Below the pieces are notes generated by a model, which saw nothing but the letters and a program-made list of their open reading frames with translations, did no database searches and had not been told where the DNA came from. From NCBI GenBank assembly GCA_012295275.1, contig CM022675.1, forward strand, positions 7,874,001-7,938,000: DNA of 64,000 nucleotides, in the 5' to 3' direction. Shown in pieces: positions 47,461-60,602 of the stretch. This stretch comes from Chrysomallon squamiferum. Lineage: Eukaryota > Animalia > Mollusca. Position numbers and translations under genes: made by a program. Numbering within the stretch: position 1 is the stretch's first letter; each line of letters opens with the position of its first letter.

Positions 47461-47661
47461 TGATCTCACTATGCAAGTATATTCATATGTGTATTGTGTA
47501 TACATGCATGGACGCCTGAGTGTTAGCTTAAGCTTGTGTGTGTGTGTGTGTGTATGAATGTATGTATGTGTTTATATGTTTATAAGTGTATATATATATA
47601 TGTAATTAGATACATATACATATACATACACCCCCCACATATATCTATATCTATATCTATG

Positions 47662-47768
<107 letters not shown>

Positions 47769-47850
47769 ATACAAACAGTGATAATATTAACATTGAAACA
47801 GAGAGATACATGAAAACAATACTGTATAGCAACTGAAAAGTTATACACAC

Positions 47851-47935
47851 CCATGTAGGTGACAAGCAACAGCAGTGATCCGGCGCACACTATTGTAAGA
47901 ATCACTGTCTTCTTCTTGACAGAAATATTTATCAT
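47851..47935 (-). CDS. Sulfotransferase copy B, first coding exon (type II membrane anchor)
   Basis: ATG at 47935. Encodes MINISVKKKTVILTIVCAGSLLLLVTYM (basic residues then a hydrophobic span). Phase-1 donor gtgtgt is weak. Acceptor ttcgcag at 47957-47958; possible upstream UTR exon donor at 48553-48554. Confidence 0.7.
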
Positions 47936-48104
47936 GTCTGCAGTCGACTCAGAACTCTGCGAAAGAAAGAAGAACACTCCATTATAATAACGGACAAAAT
48001 ACTCCGTTCAGAGATACTGTGGTATTAACAACATCATCATTGCGACGCAAACGACCACAACCACAATCGCATAGCAGAAAGAAAGTGGAGGGAGAGAGAG
48101 GGAG

Positions 48105-48199
<95 letters not shown>

Positions 48200-48228
48200 A
48201 TGATTTATGTACATTTTAGTATTGAAAG

Positions 48229-48299
<71 letters not shown>

Positions 48300-48342
48300 A
48301 ACTGTAATGATTTATGTACATTTTAGTATTGTAAAGGACACA

Positions 48343-48424
<82 letters not shown>

Positions 48425-48887
48425 TAAATAAAAAAAACATAAAAAATAAATAAATAAAAAGAAAAAACAACGAAAAAATATTCAAATAATCAAATAAATA
48501 AATAAATAAAAAGCAAAAAAATAAACAAACAAATAAATAAGGCAGGAACATTACCTGTTGAGTGCTGTGTGCTAATGAACGCTCGAGTGATCAAGGTGTG
48601 TCTCACGGACCTAAATAAACAGGTGTTGTGTTCAATACGCTCTGCTCATGTCAGTTCAATTAATACGTCGATTTTTTTTATCTTTATTACGATCAGTGCA
48701 CAAATCTCGTATTCCCATTGTCTATCTGAATGGAACTTTTATTAATAAAGTTTTTATCAGCTGTTTTTTTTTTTTTTTTTTTCTCCCGTTATCTGTTTTC
48801 TTTATTCTGATCTGCGGTTAATTACTGAATTTGTTTTATTGTTGACAGTATTTAACAATATTTACCAATATTTTGAGGATGAAATGG

Positions 48888-48925
<38 letters not shown>

Positions 48926-49002
48926 AAACAACAACAAAAAAAACCAACTAATATAAATAAATAAATAAATAAAAATAAATAAATCACTTTTATTTTAATC
49001 AT

Positions 49003-49071
<69 letters not shown>

Positions 49072-49173
49072 CCTTATCCTTAAGCGTAAACGTACATATT
49101 ATTAAAATTTTTAAAAAAATTACAATTAAAATTAAAAAGCTAAAAAAGAAGAAAAAAGCCCACAAAAACTTAC

Positions 49174-49337
49174 CTTCCACTTTTAACTATAAGAATCAGT
49201 AGGAACAGTCTGCTTCATTATCGTCATAGAATAAACAGGTTCGTTTACGTAGAATACCTCGTCGCTGTTCTTTTGTATGACGTCACCAGCGAAGAAGAGA
49301 CCCATTTTTCATGTGCATCGAAACGATCAGTTTCCGC
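49174..49337 (-). pseudogene. Decayed sulfotransferase 5'-PSB exon (relic fourth copy)
   Basis: Aligns by eye to 43460-43620: RKLIVSMHMKNGSL / frameshift / FAGDVIQKNSDEVFYVNEPVYSMTIMK. The RSGSS motif is destroyed and the acceptor lost; donor gtaag is retained. Adjacent intron homology to 43660-44070 continues to ~49650. Confidence 0.8.
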
Positions 49338-49665
49338 GATGTTATAAGTTTTATCCGGGGCGGTACGCATAACAAAGGATCTAATAAAACAAAGTATTGT
49401 TCCAAGTTGCTGTTATTATTATTATTATTATTATTTTTTTTATCTTATTTGATTTGACATCGTTTAACTAACGAGCTGAACGCCGCCATTTTTTCTCTTC
49501 CATCGGTCGAATGGCGGACTGAAAACTTTTAAATTTTCTTTTTAGAAAAAAAAAAAAAAAAAAAAAAAAAAAGTGTTCGGATTTGTATTCGATGACGTCA
49601 GAAAGGCAGAGAAAATGGTGTTCATTTTTGGTTATTAATTTAGATAGGTTGGGAACTAGCTAACT

Positions 49666-49727
<62 letters not shown>

Positions 49728-49892
49728 TAAACACACACAAGAAACAATTACACACAAATACAAACAACACGCAGAGCATAAAACGATTTCACTTATCATA
49801 AAATAATATCGATTCGTAAATCGACAATAGCAGAGAAAACAAATTATTTTTATTACATTTCACTTACACGTGTTTATACATCACTTTAATTA

Positions 49893-49934
<42 letters not shown>

Positions 49935-50098
49935 TATTTATTATTATTATTATTATTACAGTTTAGGTTATTTACGTTGTAAAAACAAATCTGAATGAGA
50001 CAGGGATTCATAGAATTCCATTATTGTGTTTACTCTGTTCTTAAGAATCACAGTTTTGCCTATAAGAAGATAAAACTGTATATATATATATATATTAA

Positions 50099-50135
<37 letters not shown>

Positions 50136-50910
50136 TTGTGTGATGTATATATAAGATGCATTCTAGTGTGTGGGTAAAGTTTTGTTTTCTCTTTTCTGTT
50201 TTCTTTCTTTCTTTTAATTTTAATTATTTATTTATATTACTATTTGTTGTTGTTGTTGCTGTTGTTGTTGTTCTCCTTACTTCGTCATCATTCAATTAAT
50301 CCAGTGTTTCGTTTGACAGCACCACTGTTGAATTTTAATTAATTAATCTCTTTGATTTTTGGACGACAACGGAAACAGCCACGACGATTTAACCCACAAT
50401 ACTTCGCTGACGTTAACGGGGACGTCTACGTCAACATTTACAGACACCACGTCGCCGACGTTACAGGGACAAAACTTTTTGTCTCTAGTAATCTGTCAGT
50501 TTATTTATTATCTACTTATGAAGATCAGAAAACTGAAGAAAACGTAACTTTGATGACTGAAAGAATGAAAAAAAAAAAAAAACAATGAACGAAAGAGGAA
50601 GACAAAGAATAATAAATATAAATAAATAAATAAATAAATTTGATAAACAGATAGATATATAGAGACATACAGATAGATAGAAAGACTGATAGACACAGAC
50701 ATCACATAGATAAAGACTTATAGATAGATAAATAAATAGACAGAAAACTATTGATAAACAGTGTGACAGAGAAAGTTGCAGAGAAACAGACAAATGGACA
50801 AACAGTTATTGTAGATGAATGAAGGATAGTTAGAAAAAGTCCTGAAAGACTGAGTGAAGAAAATTGTTTTTGCAAAATTATTTAATTCTTGGGTCACTCT
50901 TCTTTCTTCT

Positions 50911-50963
<53 letters not shown>

Positions 50964-51075
50964 TGTACGTCTTATGCTTCTTCTGTACGTTTTATGCTTC
51001 TTCAATAAAAGAAAACAGTTAACAAGAAATATTCTTTATTTTAAATAAAAACAAAATATACATCTTACTGCTCTG

Positions 51076-51115
<40 letters not shown>

Positions 51116-51290
51116 TAAATAAGTAAGTAATAAATGGACGGATGGACGTACTCACGAAAGAATAAGGAAATAAATTAAACAAAATAATAATAATAATAGT
51201 AATAATTATAATATAAATAATAATAAAAATAATAATAATAATAGTAATAATAATAATATAAATAATAATAATAATAATAACAATAAGAAC

Positions 51291-51343
<53 letters not shown>

Positions 51344-51441
51344 CCCTTCAAACGGCATCAATGAACGTCTTTTATCAAATTATTTTCTTCATTTCCTCTT
51401 TTTTTTTTGTGTCTTTTTTTAAAAAATGTTATGGAGACGTG

Positions 51442-52279
51442 TTACGGTGTCGTAGTAGCTGTAGTCGACGTGAACGTAAATTTAAATCCGTTATTTTTAC
51501 TGTTGTGCTTTTCTCTGACAGCGTACGACGTATCCGACAGAAATTTCTTTTTCTCAATTGGCAGATACCCAACTTGTCTGTACACTTCTCTACACGCTTT
51601 GTCTATTTTCACGACACTTTGATAATCCAAAACAGCACGCCATCTGTGGGCCGTAGTTGCGGAACTGTTCCGCGTCGTGCACGTAACGCAACCGTCCGGT
51701 AATCCGGATTGCGTGATATTAATTATATATCTTTCTATTCCTCTCGTGAAACCGAGTCCGAGGAATTCGTAAAGAATTTTCGACGTTTCGACCGGTTCCT
51801 CGGCCAAATCTTCGTAACGTAACGTCAGTATTCGTCGGTTTCCGTGTAACTCCCGTAAGTATTCGGCCACCTGGAAATCGCTTGATATTTGCTTGCAGAG
51901 TTTGCGAGCGGCTCTCGACAGCTCGCTCCACTTGAACTCGGAAACTTTTCTTTGCGACAGAAGCGTTCCCCTGGGGTCCCTGATCAGATGGACTATTTTT
52001 AGTCGCGGATGCGTCTTCATCAGGGAGTGCATCTGCTCCATTTGCAAGCGGATCGATTTGATGCTGACGACGTCAGCCGCACGGCAGACGTCGACGAGGG
52101 CATCCAGACACGTCAGCATGTTCACGATCCCCTTGCTACGCGACACGCACACGGAGTAGTTCCACGTTGATTTGCTGCTGAACAAGTGGTACTGGTTCAG
52201 TGCGTGAAGGTCAAGGTTGAAGAGGTCGCAGGTCAGAATGTTTCGTATGGTGTCCAAGGGATCGGCGTTTAGTGAATTT
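51442..52279 (-). CDS. Carbohydrate 6-O-sulfotransferase (CHST1/3/4/5/6-like) copy A, last exon
   Basis: Acceptor cttcag (52280-52281), phase 2, 838 nt, open to TAA at 51442. Motifs KIVHLIRDPRG, LRYEDLAEEP, HRWR, VGY. Confidence 0.93.
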
Positions 52280-52327
52280 CTGAAGTTTGAATTAATATAA
52301 TATAATATACCGTAGTCAACGTTATTT

Positions 52328-52389
<62 letters not shown>

Positions 52390-52425
52390 TCACCGCCACT
52401 ACTATTACTACTACTACTACTAGTA

Positions 52426-52456
<31 letters not shown>

Positions 52457-52698
52457 GACTACTACTACTACTACTGGTGCTGCTGCTAGTACTACTACTG
52501 CTACTGCTTCTACTACTACTACGATAACTGCTACTGCTACTTCTACAACAACTACAACTACAACAACTACTACTACTACTACTCCTAGTGCTATCAGAAA
52601 TAGAAATAGTAGTGGTAGCAGTTACAACAGAAGTAGAAATAGTAGTATTAGTCGCAGACATAGAAAAAGTAGTAGCTGTATTAGAGAAAGAAAGAAAT

Positions 52699-52810
<112 letters not shown>

Positions 52811-52839
52811 AAATAACAAAACTGATATGGAATGCTCAC

Positions 52840-53026
52840 CGTCTCCTTCTACGCAGATATAACAAACTGACGCCACATTTCCGGAGATGATTCAGAGAAT
52901 GCAGCGGCTCGTACGAATAAAACACATCCGGGCTCTGCTGGATGATGTCACCGGTCAGGGAAGAGCCACTGCGCATGTACGTCAAAATTATTACCATGGT
53001 TTTCTTGGTCGGAACACGGAGTTTCT
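52840..53026 (-). CDS. Carbohydrate sulfotransferase copy A, 5'-PSB exon
   Basis: Acceptor ttcgatag (53027-53028), donor gtgagc (52838-52839), 187 nt, phase 1-2. Encodes KLRVPTKKTMVIILTYMRSGSSLTGDIIQQSPDVFYSYEPLHSLNHLRKCGVSLLYLRRRR. Confidence 0.92.
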
Positions 53027-53083
53027 CTATCGAAAAGAAAAAATGAGCGAATATTTAAAAAAATAAAATAAAATAAAATAAAA

Positions 53084-53118
<35 letters not shown>

Positions 53119-53139
53119 CTGTATTATTTCTCAACTCAC

Positions 53140-53184
53140 TTGTCACGAGAATAGGAGGCGGACGCGTACTGATTTCCTTGTGGC
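53140..53184 (-). CDS. Sulfotransferase copy A, 45-nt stem exon
   Basis: Acceptor ctttatag with pyrimidine tract, donor gtgagt, phase 1-1. Encodes (G)HKEISTRPPPILVT. Confidence 0.65.
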
Positions 53185-53305
53185 CTATAAAGACAGAAGA
53201 AAGTAGTTCCTGAATAACGACAGCTAATTTATTTTTTAAACCTAAACCTATTTCAAAATGGTCTTTTATGATCTTAGTAAGCAATGAAACAGAATTAACT
53301 GTGAA

Positions 53306-53348
<43 letters not shown>

Positions 53349-53781
53349 GTATAATATAATATAATATGATATGATATGATATGATATGATATAATATAAT
53401 ATAATATAATATAATATAAAACTCTATTTAAGTTTCTCTCCTTATTCATCTAAATTAATACTTCCAGTCGTGTTTAATGTACATTTATACAGACATACAC
53501 GAACCTAACACACCAGACTATTTCACGATTATTAAATTATAAAAATATCTGTTACGGTTCCCTAACAAATTTCTTAAATGAAGAAATGAGTTAAACGAAA
53601 CAAAATTATTAAATATATTTTACATTCAACCAGATTATCTTTTATTTGCCTTTCGTGGAATTATTATTAATAAAGCTGAATAATGATGCGTAATACAAAA
53701 CGATTACGGTTAAATAATTATTCCGAAGCCGCCATATTTCTAGTTGTGACGTCATGTCGTAGAGTAATGGTTTTCTCTTAC

Positions 53782-53847
53782 CTGTGGTGACAACCCGAGA
53801 ATTGATAACGTCATCAGAGACATTGTTGAGTAGTATGGTCGAATTTC
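53782..53847 (-). CDS. Sulfotransferase copy A, 66-nt stem exon
   Basis: Acceptor taacag, donor gtaaga, phase 1-1. Encodes (G)NSTILLNNVSDDVINSRVVTT with two N-glycosylation sequons (NST, NVS). Confidence 0.7.
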
Positions 53848-53899
53848 CTGTTATTAAACAAAATAAAAGAAGAAAGAACTAAACAAGTAAATTAATAAA

Positions 53900-53945
<46 letters not shown>

Positions 53946-54118
53946 AGAAAAAATGAAAAAGTAAAAATAAAAATAAAAATATAAATAAATAAGTAAATAA
54001 ATCCATAAAAATAGTACTAATCAATTACAAAATAAAAAAAAAATAAAATAAACAACAACTTAGAAAAAAAAAAAAATAAATAAATAACAAAAAATAAAAC
54101 AAAGTAAAATAAAAAGAC

Positions 54119-54202
<84 letters not shown>

Positions 54203-54849
54203 AAATTAAATAAAATAAAAAAAATAAATAAAAATAAAACAAATGTGGTGATTTGAACCTTCAACCCTTCGCATCTCAAAACACCCTTTCTCACAACCGT
54301 CGTAACAGCTGTCAAAACAGACCTCCATGTTTCCAGTCGAATCAGAAACAATATTGATTCAGACAACAGCGATACAGAATTACGCCACTTAGGCTCTGAA
54401 AAGAACTATCGTTGAAATCAGCTAGACAAACACATTTAATGGAGGTAAAACACATTAGTGTATCCCCCAGAGATCGATAAGCGTTTTGCTGAAAGGAGTG
54501 ACAGGACGCAAGACCTACACACACTTGTTAACGTACACGTGTAGATGAACTGTGCAAGCGTCAAATATAAAAGAAAAGCTTCGAGTCAGATCGATGTTGA
54601 GAGATAAAAGCGACAAACGCTTTGAACCCCACAGAATGTTCGTAATGATCTGAGTGCATGTGAAACAAACACAGGTGTGTCACAGTTCATCTGTCTGTCT
54701 GTCTATCTATCCATTTGTCTGTCTGTCCGTCTCTCTGTCTATGTGTCTGTCTATATCTGTATATCTATCTGTTTATCTATATATCTGTCTATGTCAATCA
54801 ATCAACCAGTCAATCAATCAACCAGTCAGTCTATCTATCTATCTATCAG

Positions 54850-54957
<108 letters not shown>

Positions 54958-55480
54958 GCTGCCTGTCTGTATCTAGCTGTCCATTTAACTGTCTGTCTCT
55001 GTGTCTGTTTGTCTGTCTTCATAATAAACATAAAAACAATAGACTATTCTGTTTCCAACAGCAGCAAGATTTCATGTACGCGGACTTTCCCACAAACAGG
55101 AAAGAACACTTTCTGGATAATAATCATAGTCAACAGTACTGGAAAGAACAGGAAAAGAGAAAAAATGAGATAAAAAGACGCCACAGAATAACGAAAAAAA
55201 AAAAAAAAAAAAAAAGAAAGTAAAGAAAAAAGTCAGAATTATGTATGTGTCCATATATCTGTATATATAAAATTACGAGAATTCAATCATGACCTCACAA
55301 ACATATTATATTGATCACGAATATTCTTCGATTTTGCATTATGTAACAAAAAAAGTAACTAAAAAATAATAAAGCAGATACTGAAGGTTAAACGGAAAAA
55401 TCACAACGTAGATTGGTGTGTTTTGAAACTTTTACGCAGTTAGAATGTAAAGAGAAATACGGACGTTAAAACAGACGTAC

Positions 55481-55562
55481 CTGCAAAGAGAAATAACAGC
55501 AAAGTCAACCCCGTTGGAATGAGAAACAGAATGCATACACAACCTCTCCGTCTGATTCTCAT
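55481..55562 (-). CDS. Sulfotransferase copy A, first coding exon (type II membrane anchor)
   Basis: ATG at 55562. Encodes MRIRRRGCVCILFLIPTGLTLLLFLFA, phase-1 donor gtacgt. Acceptor ttacag at 55578-55579; likely 5'UTR exon donor CAG|gtaag at 56277-56279. Spliced model 1218 nt = 405 aa. Confidence 0.8.
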
Positions 55563-55579
55563 GACACCTTGTAATCTCT

Positions 55580-55626
<47 letters not shown>

Positions 55627-55676
55627 TAATAACTACAACAACAACAACAACAACAACAATAGTAATAATAATAGTA

Positions 55677-55710
<34 letters not shown>

Positions 55711-56495
55711 CAACAATAACAACAACAGCAATAATAATAATAGCAGCAACAACAACAACAACAAAAAACAACAACAACAACAACAACAATAATAATAATA
55801 ATAATAATAATAATGATAATAATAATAAGAATAATAATAAGAATAATAATCAGTAACAATACAAACAATAGTGATAATGATGATAAAGATGATAACGATG
55901 ATGAATTTGATAATCTGCAGTAGTAGTTGTACCGACAGTGTTTTCAGTAGCAATATCACCACAGTAGAAGTTGCTTGTCGGTCGGTCACTCAGTCTGTAT
56001 GTGGAAACAATAACATTTCTACTTCATAGTTTACAACCTACTAGTACTGTTTTCACTTGTACCACAGTATTTTTTGTATATCTGCTTACCTATATGTTTG
56101 TGTATGGATGTGTTCATGCGTGCGTATATGAGTGCATATGTTTGTGTGTACGTATTTCTGCTGGAGTTGGCGCGCGTGTATTGTCTTAGGTGAGTGCAAA
56201 ATATGTCTGTATACGTGCGCATGCATTTATGCATGCCTGCATGCATGTGTGTCTGCGTTTGTGTGAAACAAAGCTTACCTGAATTCCGAAGAACAGCGAA
56301 TGTTAACGGTAGCAGTCCGCGTTACGGTTGAAAACGTGTCCTTGTTTTGACAAGTGTCGACAAGACTTTTGTTAGTAAAGTTATAGTCCAGCACTTTAAT
56401 ACCTCGACTGTGACCGTAGCTTTGACCTGTTCGGACTCTACGCGTCACGAAAGCATTGAAATAATGTTTGATTAGCAAATAAGGCATAGTATGTT

Positions 56496-56679
<184 letters not shown>

Positions 56680-56896
56680 TAATGTTTTATGGTCTTTTCT
56701 TAAGCTGATAATTCAGAAATAGTACTTGTGTTGTCGTTTATATCCAGATTTATATTATCGTGTTGGGACATTGAATTTATAAGTAAATTAATACCCTTGA
56801 CCCATTCTCGTTGTTTTTCTTTTTCATAGAAATAGTTTTCTCTCTCTGTGTGTGTCTGTCTATGTGTAATATCTCGATGTTTGCCCGTGTGTAGTA

Positions 56897-57000
<104 letters not shown>

Positions 57001-57453
57001 GCCCTCTTTATATATATATAAGTATATATATATATGTTTGCATGTATGTATATATTTATGTATTATGTATGTATGTATGTACATACGTATATATTATGTA
57101 TGTATGTATGTATGTGTTTATGTATGCATATATTCATGCACGCATGTACGTTTGGTCACAAAATCAACTTTCGAATAAATAACAAATTTTATTAATATAT
57201 TTATTATTATATGTAGTAATTATTGCAATTATCTTTACAAAGGAAACACCTGACCAGGTGTTTTTGCCTTTAATACAGATACGTTGTGAGGAAAACAAAT
57301 GAAAATAATGAAAGGCACATCTACACCAGGACAATAAAATGCGTTCATTGTAATTGAATAGTCACAAACACTGTCTGCGTTTATGAGCAAAATACAACCT
57401 TTACATGTCGTTAACAGCTAAATATTTACTGTCGATGCTTCAGTTTCTCTCTC

Positions 57454-57569
<116 letters not shown>

Positions 57570-58009
57570 AAATCATTTTACTTATTTACTTTGCAGTAAT
57601 TTACTTTACATCACAATTCCAATTCTTATAAATAAATAAAAATACTCTCTTTTAATATCATTCTGTCTCTCACTCTCTGATTTTCTCCATCTGTCCCTCT
57701 CTCTTCATCTCTGTCTTTGGTCGTCACCTCCTATCAATAAAAAATAAATTTCATTACAAGCAAAATTCAATTTAAATAGATAAATAAATAACAAACAAAT
57801 AAACGTGGATGCCTGAAGGTCTTTCATGAGTTTGTTTTTCGTTAAATTTCACCTCAAGCAAATCTGATAGCAACTTTCGTTATGAATATTTCACTTTTAG
57901 ATGTAAGTAAGACGACAGGTTATCCATCATTAAAATAAGATTTTTTTAATAGTCAAAAGAATCAAGATAAATATACATAGATACATACATACATACATAC
58001 ATATATACA

Positions 58010-58068
<59 letters not shown>

Positions 58069-58489
58069 GTAAATGAAGATACGAATAATATATACATATT
58101 TGAAAAATAATAACAATCATAATCATAAATAAATTAATGATTGAAAGAATGGCAGTATTAGTAATGCAGAAAGGATGGTAATATTGGTAGCGGTAATTGT
58201 TGTAGTAATAGCATAAAATAGGAGTGTTAATATTAGTAGTAGCAGTAACCGCTTGCCAGTAATAATAGTATATAGTACAGTAATAATAGTAGCAATGTTA
58301 GGAGCTATAGTAGTAGTAGCAGCAGTAGTAGCAGTTGTAGTTACCACTGCCAGTAATAATAGTAGTAGTTGTAGTAGTCACAACTAGTAATAATAGTAGT
58401 AATTCATAGTAGTGATGTGAAAAGTAGAAATAGCACACGCAATAGAAACAACAAAGACGACCACAACAACAACAACGATATTATTATTG

Positions 58490-58527
<38 letters not shown>

Positions 58528-58687
58528 TAATCATAAATTATGTTATTAAAAATAAAAAATATGTGACTACTTGTGTATATATAAACACAAGTAGTTAGAT
58601 AATATTTTGTTCTTACTTTGAGTTATATAATATTTAAAGAAATATAATTTATGATTAAATAATAATAACAATAATAATAATAATAAA

Positions 58688-58722
<35 letters not shown>

Positions 58723-58795
58723 TAATAAAATGGTAATAATAATAATAACTTAATAACATAATAACAGTAATAACAACAACAACAATAATGATATC

Positions 58796-58862
<67 letters not shown>

Positions 58863-59996
58863 TTAATATGTTACTGTTTCTGAAATCTGTTAACTGTTAA
58901 GTGTTTAACAAAGAAATTTACCTGACGTGCGACACTGATTAATTAATTCTCAGGTGTTATTTACCTGGATTTCGTTAATCTGTTGCACTTAGTGTATTGT
59001 CAAAAACACACAGGTACGTAATGAAAGGTGTAGATAAACAGTGAGTGTCAATTAATGACAATTAATCCACGTGTCGTAAGAAACAGAAAGTTAGTTGTTT
59101 TGTTTCTCTTTCGTGGTTACCACCAACCATGACAACAACAACAACTACAACAACAACAAACAATAAATGCGTTATCATCACCATCATCATCATTCAAAGT
59201 TTTATTAACATTAGTCAAATCAAAATCATTATCATCGTCATCGGCGTTGTTGTTGCCTTTGTTAGAATGCTTGCTGCTGTTGTTGTTGTTGTCGTTGCTG
59301 TTGTTGTGTATGAACAATCAGGTTATTTACGAAGCGAAACTTGTGGATGGAAAAACAGTGAAAATCAAGATAGAATGCATTACGTGTTAAATACAAGTTT
59401 ATGTGAAGACTACATTACAATATTACTTATTTTAAATATATATACATTCTTAGCTTCACGTTCTTAAGAAACGTGCTTGCAGTCATTTATAGATCATAAG
59501 TATGCATGCACACATACATGCACACACACGCACGCACGTACACAGTTACACAAATAATAATAATAATAATAATAATAATAATCTTTACGTTATAAATTAA
59601 ATGTTTTGTTTTCGTTTAATATACGAATGCGTAGCTTTACTACTACTACTACTACTACTACTACAACTACTACTACTGCTACTACCACTACTACTATTAT
59701 TATTATTATTATTATTATAATTATTGTTATATATGACGTGAACAGTAAAACTAACTCAGACATATGGACACTAACAGAAACAGATGGAATATTTTCACAT
59801 ATTTTCATTATTCGTTTATTTCTAGAAATCATTAACTGAACTGTCACAAAAACCAACTGAATGAACTGAATAACTCACGTGTCAAACGAACAGAAGTTGT
59901 TTGTTACAGCACATAACAGAGTCTCACCTTGTTATGAAACGATAATTTCCATCGGTGAATGAGATGGAAATAACTATTATGTAAGACTAAGTTTTG

Positions 59997-60369
59997 ATTG
60001 GTCAATGGCTAAGAATAGCAGATACGCTAAATGATCAAAACCCTAAAAGTCTTGTCTAATGAACTGGATTAGCATTTTTATTTAATGACATTAATTCAGC
60101 ATTTCACGTAAGAAAAAAGATTTGATTTGTTAATACGTTCTAATCATAACCGTTCTTAATTACGGTACCTCAGCCATCACGTTACAGTCATTCTGATTGG
60201 TCATTTAAAAGCAGTTCACAGTGTCATAATACAAGAATAGACTTGATTGGTTGATTAATCGGGCAGAGTTACTTGAACGTTGAATGGGAGTGATCAGTGT
60301 CATGTAACAATGCATTTGATTGGTCATTCAAAGTAATTCACGGGGTTAATTAAGAGCAGCTCTAATTGG
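59997..60369 (+). promoter_or_regulatory. Cluster of five inverted CCAAT boxes (ATTGG) upstream of the plus-strand orphan gene
   Basis: ATTGG at 59997, 60196, 60246, 60319 and 60365, mostly in TGATTGG(T/C) NF-Y-like context. Confidence 0.6.
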
Positions 60370-60524
60370 CTGGTGAGAAGAAATTGTCATTACTTCATCA
60401 GTGTCAGTTCTGAGGAAGTGTATATCTGTTAGAATATTTCAGAATCAAGTCATTACAAATCCTCTGTTTGTTATTCAGCTCGACAGAGAAATCAGTAAAG
60501 GAAAATTATTTAAAATTGTTTTTA

Positions 60525-60599
60525 ATCGAAATTTTCGTCGTCTTCTTTCATCGAAATTTTCGTAGTCTTCTTTCATCGAAATTTTCGTCGTTTTCTTTC
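60525..60599 (+). repeat. 3 x 25-nt tandem repeat directly before the ATG
   Basis: ATCGAAATTTTCGT(C/A)GT(C/T)TTCTTTC at 60525, 60550 and 60575, followed by ATC-ATG. Confidence 0.9.
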
Positions 60600-60602
60600 A
60601 TC

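Noticed and set aside
60468-60602. N-terminal extension of the 348-aa track ORF
   Set aside because: Starts at TTG and runs through AT-rich sequence and the 25-nt tandem repeat. The first ATG is at 60603.
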